Shown here in pieces: positions 27,700-37,680 of a stretch of DNA of 64,000 nt. How positions within the stretch are numbered: the first letter of the stretch is position 1; every line of letters begins with the position of its first letter. The stretch covers positions 104,009 through 168,008 of the forward strand of contig CAZWNZ010000002.1 in assembly GCA_964635715.1 (NCBI GenBank), read 5' to 3'. The translations under genes were made by a program, and so were the position numbers. Origin of the DNA: an uncultured Gammaproteobacteria bacterium. Lineage in GTDB: Bacteria > Patescibacteriota > Microgenomatia > UBA8517. The notes beneath the pieces were generated by a model. It searched no databases. It was not told the origin of the DNA and worked only from the letters and a program-made list of their open reading frames with translations.

Positions 27700-28929
27700 T
27701 TATATCAATTCTTCAACTAACTTATCTAAACGAATTGAACGTGACCCCTTCACAAATAGGGCCGTATTTTTATTCAAAAATGGTTTGATTATTTCTAAGG
27801 CTTCCGAATAATCTTTCGCCAAATAACATTTTCTATCACCAAGGATTCTGCTTGCCTCCTCCACGATAAATTTTGCAGAATTACCTACTCCCACCACAAT
27901 CTCAAATTTCATCGTTCCTACCTTTCTACCCAGTTCTTTATGAAATGATTCTTCATATTCACCAAGTTCCAGCATGTCTCCGATGACTGCAATTTTTGTT
28001 CTCTTGGCAGCAACTATTTTAAACGTATCCAAGGATTCACCCAAAGCCTTTGGATTACTGTTGTACGTGTCATCAAATATGATGCCATAATTAATACTTT
28101 TTTGTACATTAAGTCTGTGTTTGGGAGGCTTGAATAATTCAACACCTCTCTCAATTTTGTTCAAATCTACGCCTAACGCATCAGCTACAGCAGCGGCAGC
28201 AAGGGTATTGCTAACAAACTGTTTTCCTAAAGCGCATATATGAATATCTTTTGTACCCGAACTAGTTTTCAGAGTAAAATAAGTACTCGAGTCTTGTTTA
28301 TATTTGATATTTGCAGCAGATATTTCAGCACCCTGCCCGAAATATACTATTTTTGCTTTTGTTTTTTTACCGACGGCGCAAGCGAGCTTGTCTTCTTTAT
28401 TCAAGACCGCAACTCCATTGGCAGCAAGCGACTCAACCAGTTTGCCTTTTTCACAGGCAACTCCTTCTGTATTTTCCAAAAACTGCGTATGAGAAAAAGA
28501 TATGTTGGTTATTACCCCGACATCAGGTCTGGCTAGCCAAAGATAGTAATCCATTTCGTTTTTATATTCGACAGACATTTCCAAAACCAAATATTTTGTC
28601 TTAAATCCGGCTTTCAAAATAGTATTCGGGATATTATAAACAGGATCTATCCCTTGAGCCGATTTAACTGTTCTGCCAGATCTACTTAAAATTGAGGACA
28701 GAATTTCTGTGGTCGTGGTCTTCCCTGTACTACCCGTAATTCCGATTACCACAATATCTGTGTGTTTTTGTAAAAACTTTAAATATGCGCGTGCCAACCT
28801 TCTTTTTATTGGATGAGTTAACCATTGAGAAATAAAATTATGTTTAGCAAAAACATCTTCCGGAGGGAGTTTTGGAGTAACCCACCATTTGATGAGCCGT
28901 CTAATTTTTTTAGGATGCATATTTTTCAT
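27700..28929 (-). CDS. murF: UDP-MurNAc-tripeptide--D-Ala-D-Ala ligase with an atypical N-terminus
   Basis: GITGSTGKTTT, DDTYNSNP, GDMLELG and VKGSR motifs. Confidence 0.92.
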   Translation of the reverse strand: MKNMHPKKIRRLIKWWVTPKLPPEDVFAKHNFISQWLTHPIKRRLARAYLKFLQKHTDIVVIGITGSTGKTTTTEILSSILSRSGRTVKSAQGIDPVYNIPNTILKAGFKTKYLVLEMSVEYKNEMDYYLWLARPDVGVITNISFSHTQFLENTEGVACEKGKLVESLAANGVAVLNKEDKLACAVGKKTKAKIVYFGQGAEISAANIKYKQDSSTYFTLKTSSGTKDIHICALGKQFVSNTLAAAAVADALGVDLNKIERGVELFKPPKHRLNVQKSINYGIIFDDTYNSNPKALGESLDTFKIVAAKRTKIAVIGDMLELGEYEESFHKELGRKVGTMKFEIVVGVGNSAKFIVEEASRILGDRKCYLAKDYSEALEIIKPFLNKNTALFVKGSRSIRLDKLVEELI

Positions 28930-28944
28930 TCTACAACAACAGTC

Positions 28945-29859
28945 TTACTTGGCAAAATCGATAATCATATCCAAGAGTTTTGGATACGAAATTCCAGCAG
29001 CACCAGCTTCTTTAGGCAAAAGTGAATTAGTAGTCATTCCCGGAAGTGTGTTTATTTCAAGTACAATGGGTTTATTTCCATGTAATATGTAGTCTATCCT
29101 CGCATAACCACAACAATTGGAAATTTTATAAATCTTGATCGACAGATTTTGTATTTTTTTTGTTATAAGTGGAGAGGTGTTGGCGGGTGTAATTTCTTCA
29201 GAACCACCTTTGGTGTATTTTGATTTATAATCAAAAAAACTTCCTGATATTGGATGTATTTCTATAAGTGGTAAGGGTATTGGACTGCTATTACCAATTA
29301 CTCCACAATTTATTTCCAGACCCTTGATGTATTTTTCGACTAATACTTTTTCGGAATATTTGAAGGCTAGTTTTATTGCACCAACCAAACCTATTCTATT
29401 TCTAACAAAAGAGGTTCCGACAGACGAACCCCCATCATATGGTTTAACAAAATAGGGTGGCTTAAAATTCATTGGAATTTTCTGATTCTCCTTGGTAATA
29501 ATTATTGATTTGGGAACAGATATTCCATTAGCTTTCATTAATTCTCTAAAAACAATTTTATCCATACCTATTGCTGAAGCCAAAACTCCTGATCCTGTGT
29601 GGGGAATTCCTAAGCTCTCTAAATATCCCTGAATTTTTCCATCTTCTCCCCCTTTCCCATGCAATGCAATAAATACAACGTCTGGTTTCATCTTTCTAAT
29701 TTTTTCTAATCCACTACCATCTTTATCAATAACTACTTTTTGTATCTTATATTTTGAAGGGTTGAGATTCTTCATAATTTCTTTTCCGGACATTATAGAA
29801 ACATCATGTTCGGAAGATATTCCACCCATTATTACTAGCAATTTAATTCGTTTTTTCAT
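28945..29859 (-). CDS. ddl: D-alanine--D-alanine ligase
   Basis: GGISSEHDVS, LHGKGGEDG, FDYKSKY (Tyr omega loop) and EINTLPG motifs. Confidence 0.96.
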   Translation of the reverse strand: MKKRIKLLVIMGGISSEHDVSIMSGKEIMKNLNPSKYKIQKVVIDKDGSGLEKIRKMKPDVVFIALHGKGGEDGKIQGYLESLGIPHTGSGVLASAIGMDKIVFRELMKANGISVPKSIIITKENQKIPMNFKPPYFVKPYDGGSSVGTSFVRNRIGLVGAIKLAFKYSEKVLVEKYIKGLEINCGVIGNSSPIPLPLIEIHPISGSFFDYKSKYTKGGSEEITPANTSPLITKKIQNLSIKIYKISNCCGYARIDYILHGNKPIVLEINTLPGMTTNSLLPKEAGAAGISYPKLLDMIIDFAK

Positions 29860-30650
29860 AAATTTATTTTCTTAATTTTGCCAGCGACAGAGCTTCCCAA
29901 AAACATTTCTGCCATATCTATAAATCTTGGGGTTATGTCGGTAACAAAATATTGGATTTTCCCCTTAGTCTTATGAGAATTTAATAAATTACGCTCGGAT
30001 AAATACTTTTTAACTTCGATTACCGATGTTCTCCCGGGATTTACGAGTTTTACTTCTTTGCCTATTTGCCATTTAATTGTTTTTTGAATAATCGGGTAGT
30101 GTGTACAGCCCATTATTAAAGTATCAATTTTGCCATTGAATTTAGATAAATATTTTTTGGCAATTAATTTTAGTGCAGGAGAATCAATTTCTCCCTCTTC
30201 AATAAATGGAACCAAAAGCGAACAAGCTTGAGAAAATAGTACCTTATATGCCCCACTGTCAACCGTCCCCCTAGTTCCCATCACAGCAATTTTCCCGTTC
30301 TTGGATATTCTATTAGCCTCGTCAAGTGCTGATTTGATAACGTCAAAAACAGGAATTTTTAGTTTATTCTTGAGCTCCTTCCCAGCAAAGGCCGATGCAG
30401 TATTGCAGGCAATGATTACGCACTTAACATTTTTTGTCAGAAGAAACTTTGCGTCTTCGAATGAAAATTTAATAATTGTCTCCTTGCTTCTTGTACCGTA
30501 CGGAACCCTGGCTGTATCACCCAAATAAACAATATCTTCGTGAGGTAGATACTTAATTAATTCTTTAACTACAGTCAAACCTCCCAACCCCGAATCAAAT
30601 ATTCCAATCGGCTTTTTGTGGTTTTTCACTTTACATATTATATCTCCCAA
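29856..30650 (-). CDS. murI: Glutamate racemase
   Basis: FDSGLGGLTV, IACNTAS and GCTHYP motifs. Confidence 0.97.
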   Translation of the reverse strand: MGDIICKVKNHKKPIGIFDSGLGGLTVVKELIKYLPHEDIVYLGDTARVPYGTRSKETIIKFSFEDAKFLLTKNVKCVIIACNTASAFAGKELKNKLKIPVFDVIKSALDEANRISKNGKIAVMGTRGTVDSGAYKVLFSQACSLLVPFIEEGEIDSPALKLIAKKYLSKFNGKIDTLIMGCTHYPIIQKTIKWQIGKEVKLVNPGRTSVIEVKKYLSERNLLNSHKTKGKIQYFVTDITPRFIDMAEMFLGSSVAGKIKKINL

Positions 30651-31680
30651 GAGCTTCTTTTATTAAATTACAGATCCTAGTTTGAGTCTTTTCGTCTATC
30701 TGGAGGCCCATTGGAAGATAAAATATCTTCCGGGTTTTTGTCCAGGCAGAATCATTAAGTTCAAAGCGAATCATAAGTCCGCACTTTCTTAAAAAATTCA
30801 ATACTTTTCTTGCTTTATTTACAGGCAAAACAACAGGGTAACCGCGAAGGTGCTTTTTGTCATTATTGGTAATATGCAGTTTAATTGAAGTGATGTTTTT
30901 TAAATTAGTCATATAAAAATTGGCTTGTTTCTCTTTTTGCTCCTGTATTTTAGCAACGTTCAATCTATCACTAAGAATCTTACTAAACATTGCCCCTTTG
31001 GCCGGCATTATCGAATCACCAATTAAATCGTAGCCTTTAATCATTAAATTTTCTGCCACCCGATTAAATCCTAGAGTCCAACAGACGTTCATCAATAAAA
31101 AGTTGGCATTAACTTTAAAAGAATATTTAAATGCCTGTAAAAGAGAAGGTGTTTTAAAACTCAAGTCCGCTGCCCTTCCAAAAACGCGGCATCCCTGAAT
31201 AGGAACGACTTTCCTAAGACTATCCATTACGAAATGATTGCTTTTAATTATAGTAAAATCTTTTGTGTCTAAAGCTCTGTGAACCGCATCTTCAATCAAA
31301 ATTGAACTGCCAGTAGTCTTAATAAGCCATTTGGTATCACCCAAAAGATTGCTCTTAATACCTACGGGGTGAAAAATAACAACAACGCTAGGTTTAGATT
31401 TTAAAACCATCGAAACAAAAGATTTTTTATCGACTTTAAGATTTGGCTGAATTTTGTAATAGACAATTTCGTATCCGTGTTTTCTAATATTTGTTTCAAC
31501 ATCTTTACAATAAAAATCAGGCACTAATATTTTTGATCCTTTAACAACATTTTTTTTGATCAAAATATCCCATAAAGCATCCTCCCAGGAAAGGTAAAAC
31601 AATTCCTTTAAACCTTTCGGAATTTTGTTTTTTCTAAAACGGAAATATTTAAAACTAAAAATTGGTTGTGTTGATACCAT
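30631..31680 (-). CDS. Divergent PLP-dependent fold-type I (DegT/DnrJ-like) protein
   Basis: LVPDFYC, ILIEDAVH and DSLRK (candidate PLP Lys) motifs; C-terminal YPV and YLP segments. Confidence 0.55.
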   Translation of the reverse strand: MVSTQPIFSFKYFRFRKNKIPKGLKELFYLSWEDALWDILIKKNVVKGSKILVPDFYCKDVETNIRKHGYEIVYYKIQPNLKVDKKSFVSMVLKSKPSVVVIFHPVGIKSNLLGDTKWLIKTTGSSILIEDAVHRALDTKDFTIIKSNHFVMDSLRKVVPIQGCRVFGRAADLSFKTPSLLQAFKYSFKVNANFLLMNVCWTLGFNRVAENLMIKGYDLIGDSIMPAKGAMFSKILSDRLNVAKIQEQKEKQANFYMTNLKNITSIKLHITNNDKKHLRGYPVVLPVNKARKVLNFLRKCGLMIRFELNDSAWTKTRKIFYLPMGLQIDEKTQTRICNLIKEALGRYNM

Positions 31681-31698
31681 AGGCGTGAATTACACTAA

Positions 31699-32112
31699 TT
31701 AAACGACTTGGGAAGAAGCCAAAGCGTTTACAAAATGAATGTTTTTGGGAGATGCTTTCATGCCCGCAAAATCTTTTGGATAAACCCATTTATATTCACT
31801 GTGTTCAAAACTTAGTTTTACACTGTCATCTTTAACAGTAGATAAATAGCAGATTGTAACCCAGAACTCACCCTTGTCGTTTATGCTGGAAAAAACATCC
31901 AATAAACGGAGATCGCAGACTGCCAATCCGGTTTCTTCTTTTGTTTCTCTTGCGATTGACTCTTTAAGATCTTCTCCAAATTCAATTTCCCCACCCGGTA
32001 AATCCCAATGGCCCGGTCTTGAAGGCGCATCATCGCCTCGCTTTAATGCTAGCAACTCCTCCTTCTCGTTTAAAATAATTATCTTTTGTGAAACTCCAAT
32101 TGTATTTTTCAT
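31699..32112 (-). CDS. NUDIX hydrolase
   Basis: Nudix box PGGEIEFGE...ARETKEETGL; start overlaps the murD stop. Confidence 0.92.
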   Translation of the reverse strand: MKNTIGVSQKIIILNEKEELLALKRGDDAPSRPGHWDLPGGEIEFGEDLKESIARETKEETGLAVCDLRLLDVFSSINDKGEFWVTICYLSTVKDDSVKLSFEHSEYKWVYPKDFAGMKASPKNIHFVNALASSQVV

Positions 32113-33407
32113 TATTTTAGAGACTTAACAGCTTCTTTGAATTGATTACCCCTATCTTTGTAATTTTTAAACATGTCAAAACTCGCAGCCGCTGGGGAAA
32201 GAATTACTACACCACCGGGTTTAGTCATTTCTATCGCTGTATCAATGATTTGAATCATTGATACGTGGCCAAGATTTACAGTGTGTTTGTTTTTTATTCC
32301 TTCGCCAATTTTTTCACCGATATCTCCGATCAAAATTAGATTTTTGATATTTTCTTTTTCTGAAATCAGTTTTCTTAATTCACTGTAATCAAGTCCTTTG
32401 TCGCTTCCTCCAAGTATTAATGTTTCATCCTCGGTAAATGAGTTGATGGCAGCAATCGTCGGCTGTGGGCCGGTGGCAAATGAGTCGTTGTAGAAAGTAA
32501 CCCCGTCAATCTTACCCACCAGCTCAAGTCTGTGTTCTAATCCCTTGAAATTCTCAACTACTTTAATAATTGTTGACTCAGGGATCTCTAAAATCCTAGC
32601 AACACTGATCGCAGCACTAATGTTTTCCAAATTGTGTTCGCCACGAAGCATAAACTTAGTTCCTGCAGGAAGACTCAAATTGTATTTGGAGGAATATTTA
32701 ACTTTTGCCAGAGTATATTTATAAAAAGATCTGGGAAGGTCGTAATCATCATTTAAAACTGAGTAGTCGCTCTTTTTCTGAAACTTTACAATATTTTTCT
32801 TAGCTTCAATATATTCTTCTCTGCCCTTATGCCAGTCCATATGATCCTCTGTAATATTTAGAACAACTGCAATGTGAGGACTAGCTTCCATATCAATTAA
32901 TTGGAATGATGACATTTCCAAAATGACATAAGACTTATTGTTCATAACAGATAAAAGTTCGAGTATGGGTTTTCCGATGTTACCTGCAAGATAAGCATCG
33001 TACCTTCCGGCTTTAAGTAACTCGTAGATAAGGGTTGATGTAGTTCCCTTACCTTTGGTTCCGGTTACTCCAATAATTTTTCCGGGACTTTCATCAAAAA
33101 ATATTTTTATGGCTGAAGTAATAACACTGCCTTTTGCTTTTGCTTCCGATATTTCCGGTATAAAAGGATAAATGCCGGGGGAACGGACAATAAAATCAAA
33201 TCCTTTAATCCCGTTTTTCAAATAATCATCTCCACAAATCACAGAAATTTTTTCTTTATTTATGCCGGTAAAATCCAGTTCTGCTTCATTTTTTTTATCA
33301 AATAGAGTAACAATAGCACCCATATCAAGAAGGTAACTGATAGCATCTTTCCCTTCCATTCCCAACCCAATTACTGCAATTTTTTTGTTTTTATATTTTC
33401 CTTGCAT
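32112..33407 (-). CDS. murD: UDP-MurNAc-L-Ala--D-Glu ligase
   Basis: VTGTKGKGTT, EMSSFQL, HRLE and SPAAASFD motifs. Confidence 0.96.
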   Translation of the reverse strand: MQGKYKNKKIAVIGLGMEGKDAISYLLDMGAIVTLFDKKNEAELDFTGINKEKISVICGDDYLKNGIKGFDFIVRSPGIYPFIPEISEAKAKGSVITSAIKIFFDESPGKIIGVTGTKGKGTTSTLIYELLKAGRYDAYLAGNIGKPILELLSVMNNKSYVILEMSSFQLIDMEASPHIAVVLNITEDHMDWHKGREEYIEAKKNIVKFQKKSDYSVLNDDYDLPRSFYKYTLAKVKYSSKYNLSLPAGTKFMLRGEHNLENISAAISVARILEIPESTIIKVVENFKGLEHRLELVGKIDGVTFYNDSFATGPQPTIAAINSFTEDETLILGGSDKGLDYSELRKLISEKENIKNLILIGDIGEKIGEGIKNKHTVNLGHVSMIQIIDTAIEMTKPGGVVILSPAAASFDMFKNYKDRGNQFKEAVKSLK

Positions 33408-33432
33408 ATGATATATCGATATACCGTACTTT

Positions 33433-34449
33433 TTAAAAATTCACTAATTGAACTTCCCTTTCAAGCTTAATCCCTGTTTTTTCAAATATATCCTTTATCA
33501 TTATTTCAGAAAGATTGTATATATCTCTAGCGGATGCTTTTCCGCTTTTGTTTATCAAAATCAACGAATGTTTTGAGGAAACTGCTGCTCCACCAAGGCT
33601 CTTACCTTTCCAATCAGTTTTCTCTATTAACCATGCCGCTGAAACCTTATACATACGTCCGAAGGAAAAAATTCTTGCATCAGAAAATTTCTTTTGCAGA
33701 TTATTTTTTTGCCTATCATTAATAATCGGATTTTTAAAAAACGAGCCGGCGTTGCCATGGTCTTTCGGATTTTCCAGTTTTTCTTTTCTCACTTTTAGAA
33801 CTATATTTCTAACATCTGCAATCGTCGGGTTTTCCCCTAACTGACCGCTTAAGGATTCATAATTAGCTTTAGGATCAGCGTTTTTATTAAGCCTAAAAGT
33901 AACACTAACGATTAAATATTTTTGCCAGTACTTTTCATTTTTAAAAATGCTTTCTCTATAGCCAAAACTGCACATGTTTTTGGTAAAAGTAATATATTTT
34001 CGGTTTTTGATATCATAAGCCAGCAATTTATAGAAGCAATCCGCCATTTCAGAACCGTAAGCTCCGATATTCTGTATGGGTGAGGCACCAACAGTACCCG
34101 GGATACCCGACAAGCACTCCAAACCCTGCAAGTTTCTTTTAACAGCTTCTTCCACCAATTTATCCCAAACAACTCCCGCTTCCGCAGTAACTAGAATTTC
34201 AGAATCCTGGGTTTCAAATTTAATAACATTTCCCAAATATCTCACCACCAAGCCCTCAAAAATCTTATCGCTGGCCAAAAAATCACTTCCACCGCCAAGT
34301 ATGAATACTGGCAATTTTTTTTCTTCGGCTAAATCGAAAACCTCTTTGATTTCAGACTCACTCCCGACTTCTGCATAATATTTGATTTTTCCGCCAATTT
34401 TAAATGTAGTCAGATCTTTAAATTTTTTATTTTTAATAAGTTTAATCAT
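33433..34449 (-). CDS. murB: UDP-N-acetylenolpyruvoylglucosamine reductase
   Basis: TTFKIGG, IPGTVGASPIQNIGAYG, NAGSFFKNP and LEREV motifs; ATG 34449 overlaps the murC stop. Confidence 0.96.
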   Translation of the reverse strand: MIKLIKNKKFKDLTTFKIGGKIKYYAEVGSESEIKEVFDLAEEKKLPVFILGGGSDFLASDKIFEGLVVRYLGNVIKFETQDSEILVTAEAGVVWDKLVEEAVKRNLQGLECLSGIPGTVGASPIQNIGAYGSEMADCFYKLLAYDIKNRKYITFTKNMCSFGYRESIFKNEKYWQKYLIVSVTFRLNKNADPKANYESLSGQLGENPTIADVRNIVLKVRKEKLENPKDHGNAGSFFKNPIINDRQKNNLQKKFSDARIFSFGRMYKVSAAWLIEKTDWKGKSLGGAAVSSKHSLILINKSGKASARDIYNLSEIMIKDIFEKTGIKLEREVQLVNF

Positions 34450-35648
34450 ATTAATTTTGAAATTTCTTTTGCCCAAAGATAGCTTTTTCCGGCACCCATT
34501 ACAACAATTACGTTGTAATTACCAATTATCAATTTACAATTTTCAATTAATTTCTCATAGCTATCAAACCCTTCAATGTTTTTATGACCTGATGCTCTGG
34601 CAACACTTTCCGGATTAATATTTTCATCAACTTCATCGCGCGCCTGAAATATCGGGCCAATTATTACTTTATCAACGGAATCAAAAACTCCCTTATATTC
34701 GGGGAGAAGTGCCTTTGTTCTTTTATACCCGTGGGGTTCATCAATAACCAATATCTTTTCTTTAGAATATTTTTCTCTTACCCCCTCAAGAGTGGTTTTA
34801 ATGGCAGTGGGATGGTGCGCATAGTCATCGTAAATCTTCACTCCTCTTTTATCAGCAATCAACTCCATTCTGCGTCCGATTCCATTGAAGCTTTCCAATG
34901 ATTTGACTATATTCTCATCACTAATTCCTAATTTCCTACCCAGGACATAAACCATGTTTGCGTTTTTTTGGTTATGCTCCCCAAAGACCTTAAGATTAAA
35001 GTGTTTTCCTAGATTATTCTTCTCGGTAATGAGAATTCCTTCTTGTTTGATGTTTTCCCTAAACTTATTAAATGATTTCTCTACCTCATCTTCGCTTCTG
35101 AAAAAATCCGGGTGGTCAAACTCAATGTTATTGATAATTGCAATATCGGGGTGATAATTCAAAAAGTTATTGTTAAATTCATCCGCTTCTAAAACAAAAT
35201 ATTTTCCTTTTCCAAATCTTGCATTCCCTCCCCACTCGGGAACTTTGGCTCCAAGAAGAACTGTGGGGTCTAGTCCCGCATCAATTAATATTTTTCCCGC
35301 CATTGCCGTAGTGGTGGACTTTCCATGCGTTCCTGCAATGCAAATTAACTTTCTATCCTTTACTAAATACTTTCCGACAAATTCCTCCCAAGTCATTGCG
35401 ATTCCTTTTTTAACGGCTTGCCTGTATTCGGGGTTGTCGGGATTTTGATATTTTATTGCGGGAGAGTAGACAAGAAGATCAATGCCTCTCAAGTGCGATT
35501 TGTCGTGTCCTTTAAAAACATCTTTTATGTATGCGGTGCTTCCTTCAAGATCACACCCCGTTACTTTATATCCCATTTTTTCGGCCAAAAAAGCAACCCC
35601 TGCCATACCACTCCCGCCAATCCCCATCATGTGAATACTTTTATTCAT
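34446..35648 (-). CDS. murC: UDP-MurNAc--L-Ala ligase (compact)
   Basis: GIGGSGM, AGTHGKSTT, EADE, DDYAHHP and MGAG motifs. Confidence 0.95.
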   Translation of the reverse strand: MNKSIHMMGIGGSGMAGVAFLAEKMGYKVTGCDLEGSTAYIKDVFKGHDKSHLRGIDLLVYSPAIKYQNPDNPEYRQAVKKGIAMTWEEFVGKYLVKDRKLICIAGTHGKSTTTAMAGKILIDAGLDPTVLLGAKVPEWGGNARFGKGKYFVLEADEFNNNFLNYHPDIAIINNIEFDHPDFFRSEDEVEKSFNKFRENIKQEGILITEKNNLGKHFNLKVFGEHNQKNANMVYVLGRKLGISDENIVKSLESFNGIGRRMELIADKRGVKIYDDYAHHPTAIKTTLEGVREKYSKEKILVIDEPHGYKRTKALLPEYKGVFDSVDKVIIGPIFQARDEVDENINPESVARASGHKNIEGFDSYEKLIENCKLIIGNYNVIVVMGAGKSYLWAKEISKLI

Positions 35649-37656
35649 TAGTAATTAGCCGCGCTGACATCTTTCGGTTAGCCTCTTCAAGTTGTTCGAC
35701 AGTATTAACCCCCTGCCACTCATCATCATTCGGAAGAGTATATGTAGCCATCCTGTCTCTGTTATCAATTGCAACTTTGATCAGATCAACTAAATAGTAT
35801 TCACCTTGAGGACCTTTTTTAACCTTATTAATATTTTCTTCAAACCATTCTCTATCAAAAACATAAAGTCCGTCGTTCACTTCCTTAATTTGCCTTTCTT
35901 CGGTAGTTGCGTCTTTTTCTTCAACAATTTTAGTAATTAGTCCGTCCTCTCCTCTAATAACCCTGCCAAGGCCGGTAGGATCTTCTTTCATCAAAGAAAC
36001 AAAAGTAAGTTTTCTTTCTCTTTCTTTGTGAATTGCGATAATCTTTTTAATAGTTTCGGGTGTATAAAAGGCACTATCATCTCCATTGATTACCATTAAG
36101 ATTTTTGATTCGTCTGCTATCAGTTCTGCGCCAACTTTGGCAGCGTCAGCAGTTCCGCCCTTTGGAGTTTTTTGAAAAGCGAATTTGACGGCACTGCCGA
36201 TTTCATTCATTACCAGGTTCTTTCTAAACCTTACAACAACAGTAATATCTTTTATACCAACCTTTCTTAAACTTTCCAAAGTATAGCTAATCATTGGTCT
36301 GCCACAAATCTCCCTAAGTACTTTTGGAATTTGAGACTTCATGCGCGAACCTTTACCGGCAGCTAAAACAACGGTAGAGATATCGGTATCGGCATTTAAA
36401 ATATCATTTATCATTTCCCCATCACTCCATGGGTGTTCAAATCCACCATAAGCCATACTTTTTTCGTGTCCCTTTCCGGCAACTACCACCACATCGCCCT
36501 TTTTTGCAATAGATAGGGCAAATGCAATTGCTTCTCCACGTTCCCGGATTCTGACAAAATTGCAACCTTCTATTCCTTTTGCACTTCGCGCACCCTGAAC
36601 CATTTTTGAGAGTATGTCGACAACTCGTTCGCTTCTTGGATCCTCGGCAGTAAAGACCGATAAATCAGCCAGTTGCACTGAAATTTTCCCCATTTTGTAG
36701 CGTTTTCTGGGATCTCTTTCCCCGGCACACCCAAAAACAGATATAAGCCTGCCCTTCTTTTCTTTTTTGAGATATGTCAGAACAGCTTCCAATGAATCAG
36801 GGGTGTGGGCAAAATCAATAATTATTTTTATTCCCAATTTGTTCGGAACTTCCATAAGTCTCCCCTCAGGAAGCCTGAAAGATAAAAGGGACTTAATTGC
36901 CCTGATTCTATCAATTCCAAGTTTTTCTACTGCTTGTACGGCCGCTTCCGCGTCTAAATTGTTATAAAATCCGGGCAAAACATCTATATCAGTTTTCTTT
37001 GGCCAAATGACTCTCTCCGGACATGATTTTACAAAAGACATTTTAATTCTTTTGTATTCGGCCAGAGTTTTATGGTAATCCAGGTGTTCAGGGGCGATAT
37101 TTGTTAGCACTCCCACATCAAACTTTATGCCGGCAATTCTTTTTTGATCAATTCCATGAGAGCTTACTTCGACCACGGCATATTCCTTACCTTCTTTAAC
37201 AAACTCAGCTAATTTTTGTTGTAAAAATAACGGATCAGGAGTCGTTACATGAAGCCCCGGAACAGAAATTGAGGATAAGACTCCCACTTTTTTACCGAGT
37301 GACAATAAAACATGTTTAATAATGTGACATGTAGTGGTTTTACCCTTTGTACCTGTTACCCCAATTACTTTAATCTTAGACGAAGGATCTCCGTACCAAA
37401 TTGAGGCAAGTTCTCCTAAGGCCTCTGCACTATTTTTGACTCGCGTGTAGCCATTTATTTTCAAATCTCTTTCCCCAACAATTGCTTTCGCACTTTTTTT
37501 GACAGCCTCCTTTACATAATCATGGCCGTCATGTCCATGTCCTTTAACTGCAACAAATATATACCCCTTTTTAACTTTCCTGGAATCATCGGTCAAGCCC
37601 GTATAGTTGCGTGCTTTTTCCTTCAATTCCTTAAAATTAATACTCATCTTCTGCAT
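35641..37656 (-). CDS. murE: MurE fused to a GlmU-type N-terminal uridyltransferase domain
   Basis: TDDSR, VTGTKGKTTT, EVSSH, DFAHTPD and AGKGHE (MurE); then VLAAGKGSRMKSQIPKVL, GRVIR...IVEEKDA, EYYLVD and QGVN (GlmU N-domain). No hexapeptide repeats. Confidence 0.92.
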   Translation of the reverse strand: MQKMSINFKELKEKARNYTGLTDDSRKVKKGYIFVAVKGHGHDGHDYVKEAVKKSAKAIVGERDLKINGYTRVKNSAEALGELASIWYGDPSSKIKVIGVTGTKGKTTTCHIIKHVLLSLGKKVGVLSSISVPGLHVTTPDPLFLQQKLAEFVKEGKEYAVVEVSSHGIDQKRIAGIKFDVGVLTNIAPEHLDYHKTLAEYKRIKMSFVKSCPERVIWPKKTDIDVLPGFYNNLDAEAAVQAVEKLGIDRIRAIKSLLSFRLPEGRLMEVPNKLGIKIIIDFAHTPDSLEAVLTYLKKEKKGRLISVFGCAGERDPRKRYKMGKISVQLADLSVFTAEDPRSERVVDILSKMVQGARSAKGIEGCNFVRIRERGEAIAFALSIAKKGDVVVVAGKGHEKSMAYGGFEHPWSDGEMINDILNADTDISTVVLAAGKGSRMKSQIPKVLREICGRPMISYTLESLRKVGIKDITVVVRFRKNLVMNEIGSAVKFAFQKTPKGGTADAAKVGAELIADESKILMVINGDDSAFYTPETIKKIIAIHKERERKLTFVSLMKEDPTGLGRVIRGEDGLITKIVEEKDATTEERQIKEVNDGLYVFDREWFEENINKVKKGPQGEYYLVDLIKVAIDNRDRMATYTLPNDDEWQGVNTVEQLEEANRKMSARLITNE

Positions 37657-37661
37657 ATTAT

Positions 37662-37680
37662 ACCAGCCTTCAAGGCTGGT
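37662..37680. repeat. Perfect 9-bp inverted repeat abutting the -10 box of murE
   Basis: ACCAGCCTT-C-AAGGCTGGT next to minus-strand TATAAT (37657-37662). Confidence 0.6.

Noticed and set aside
28945-29859. ddl as a D-Ala-D-Lac (van-type) ligase
   Set aside because: The omega loop has Tyr (YKSKY) and there are no van genes.
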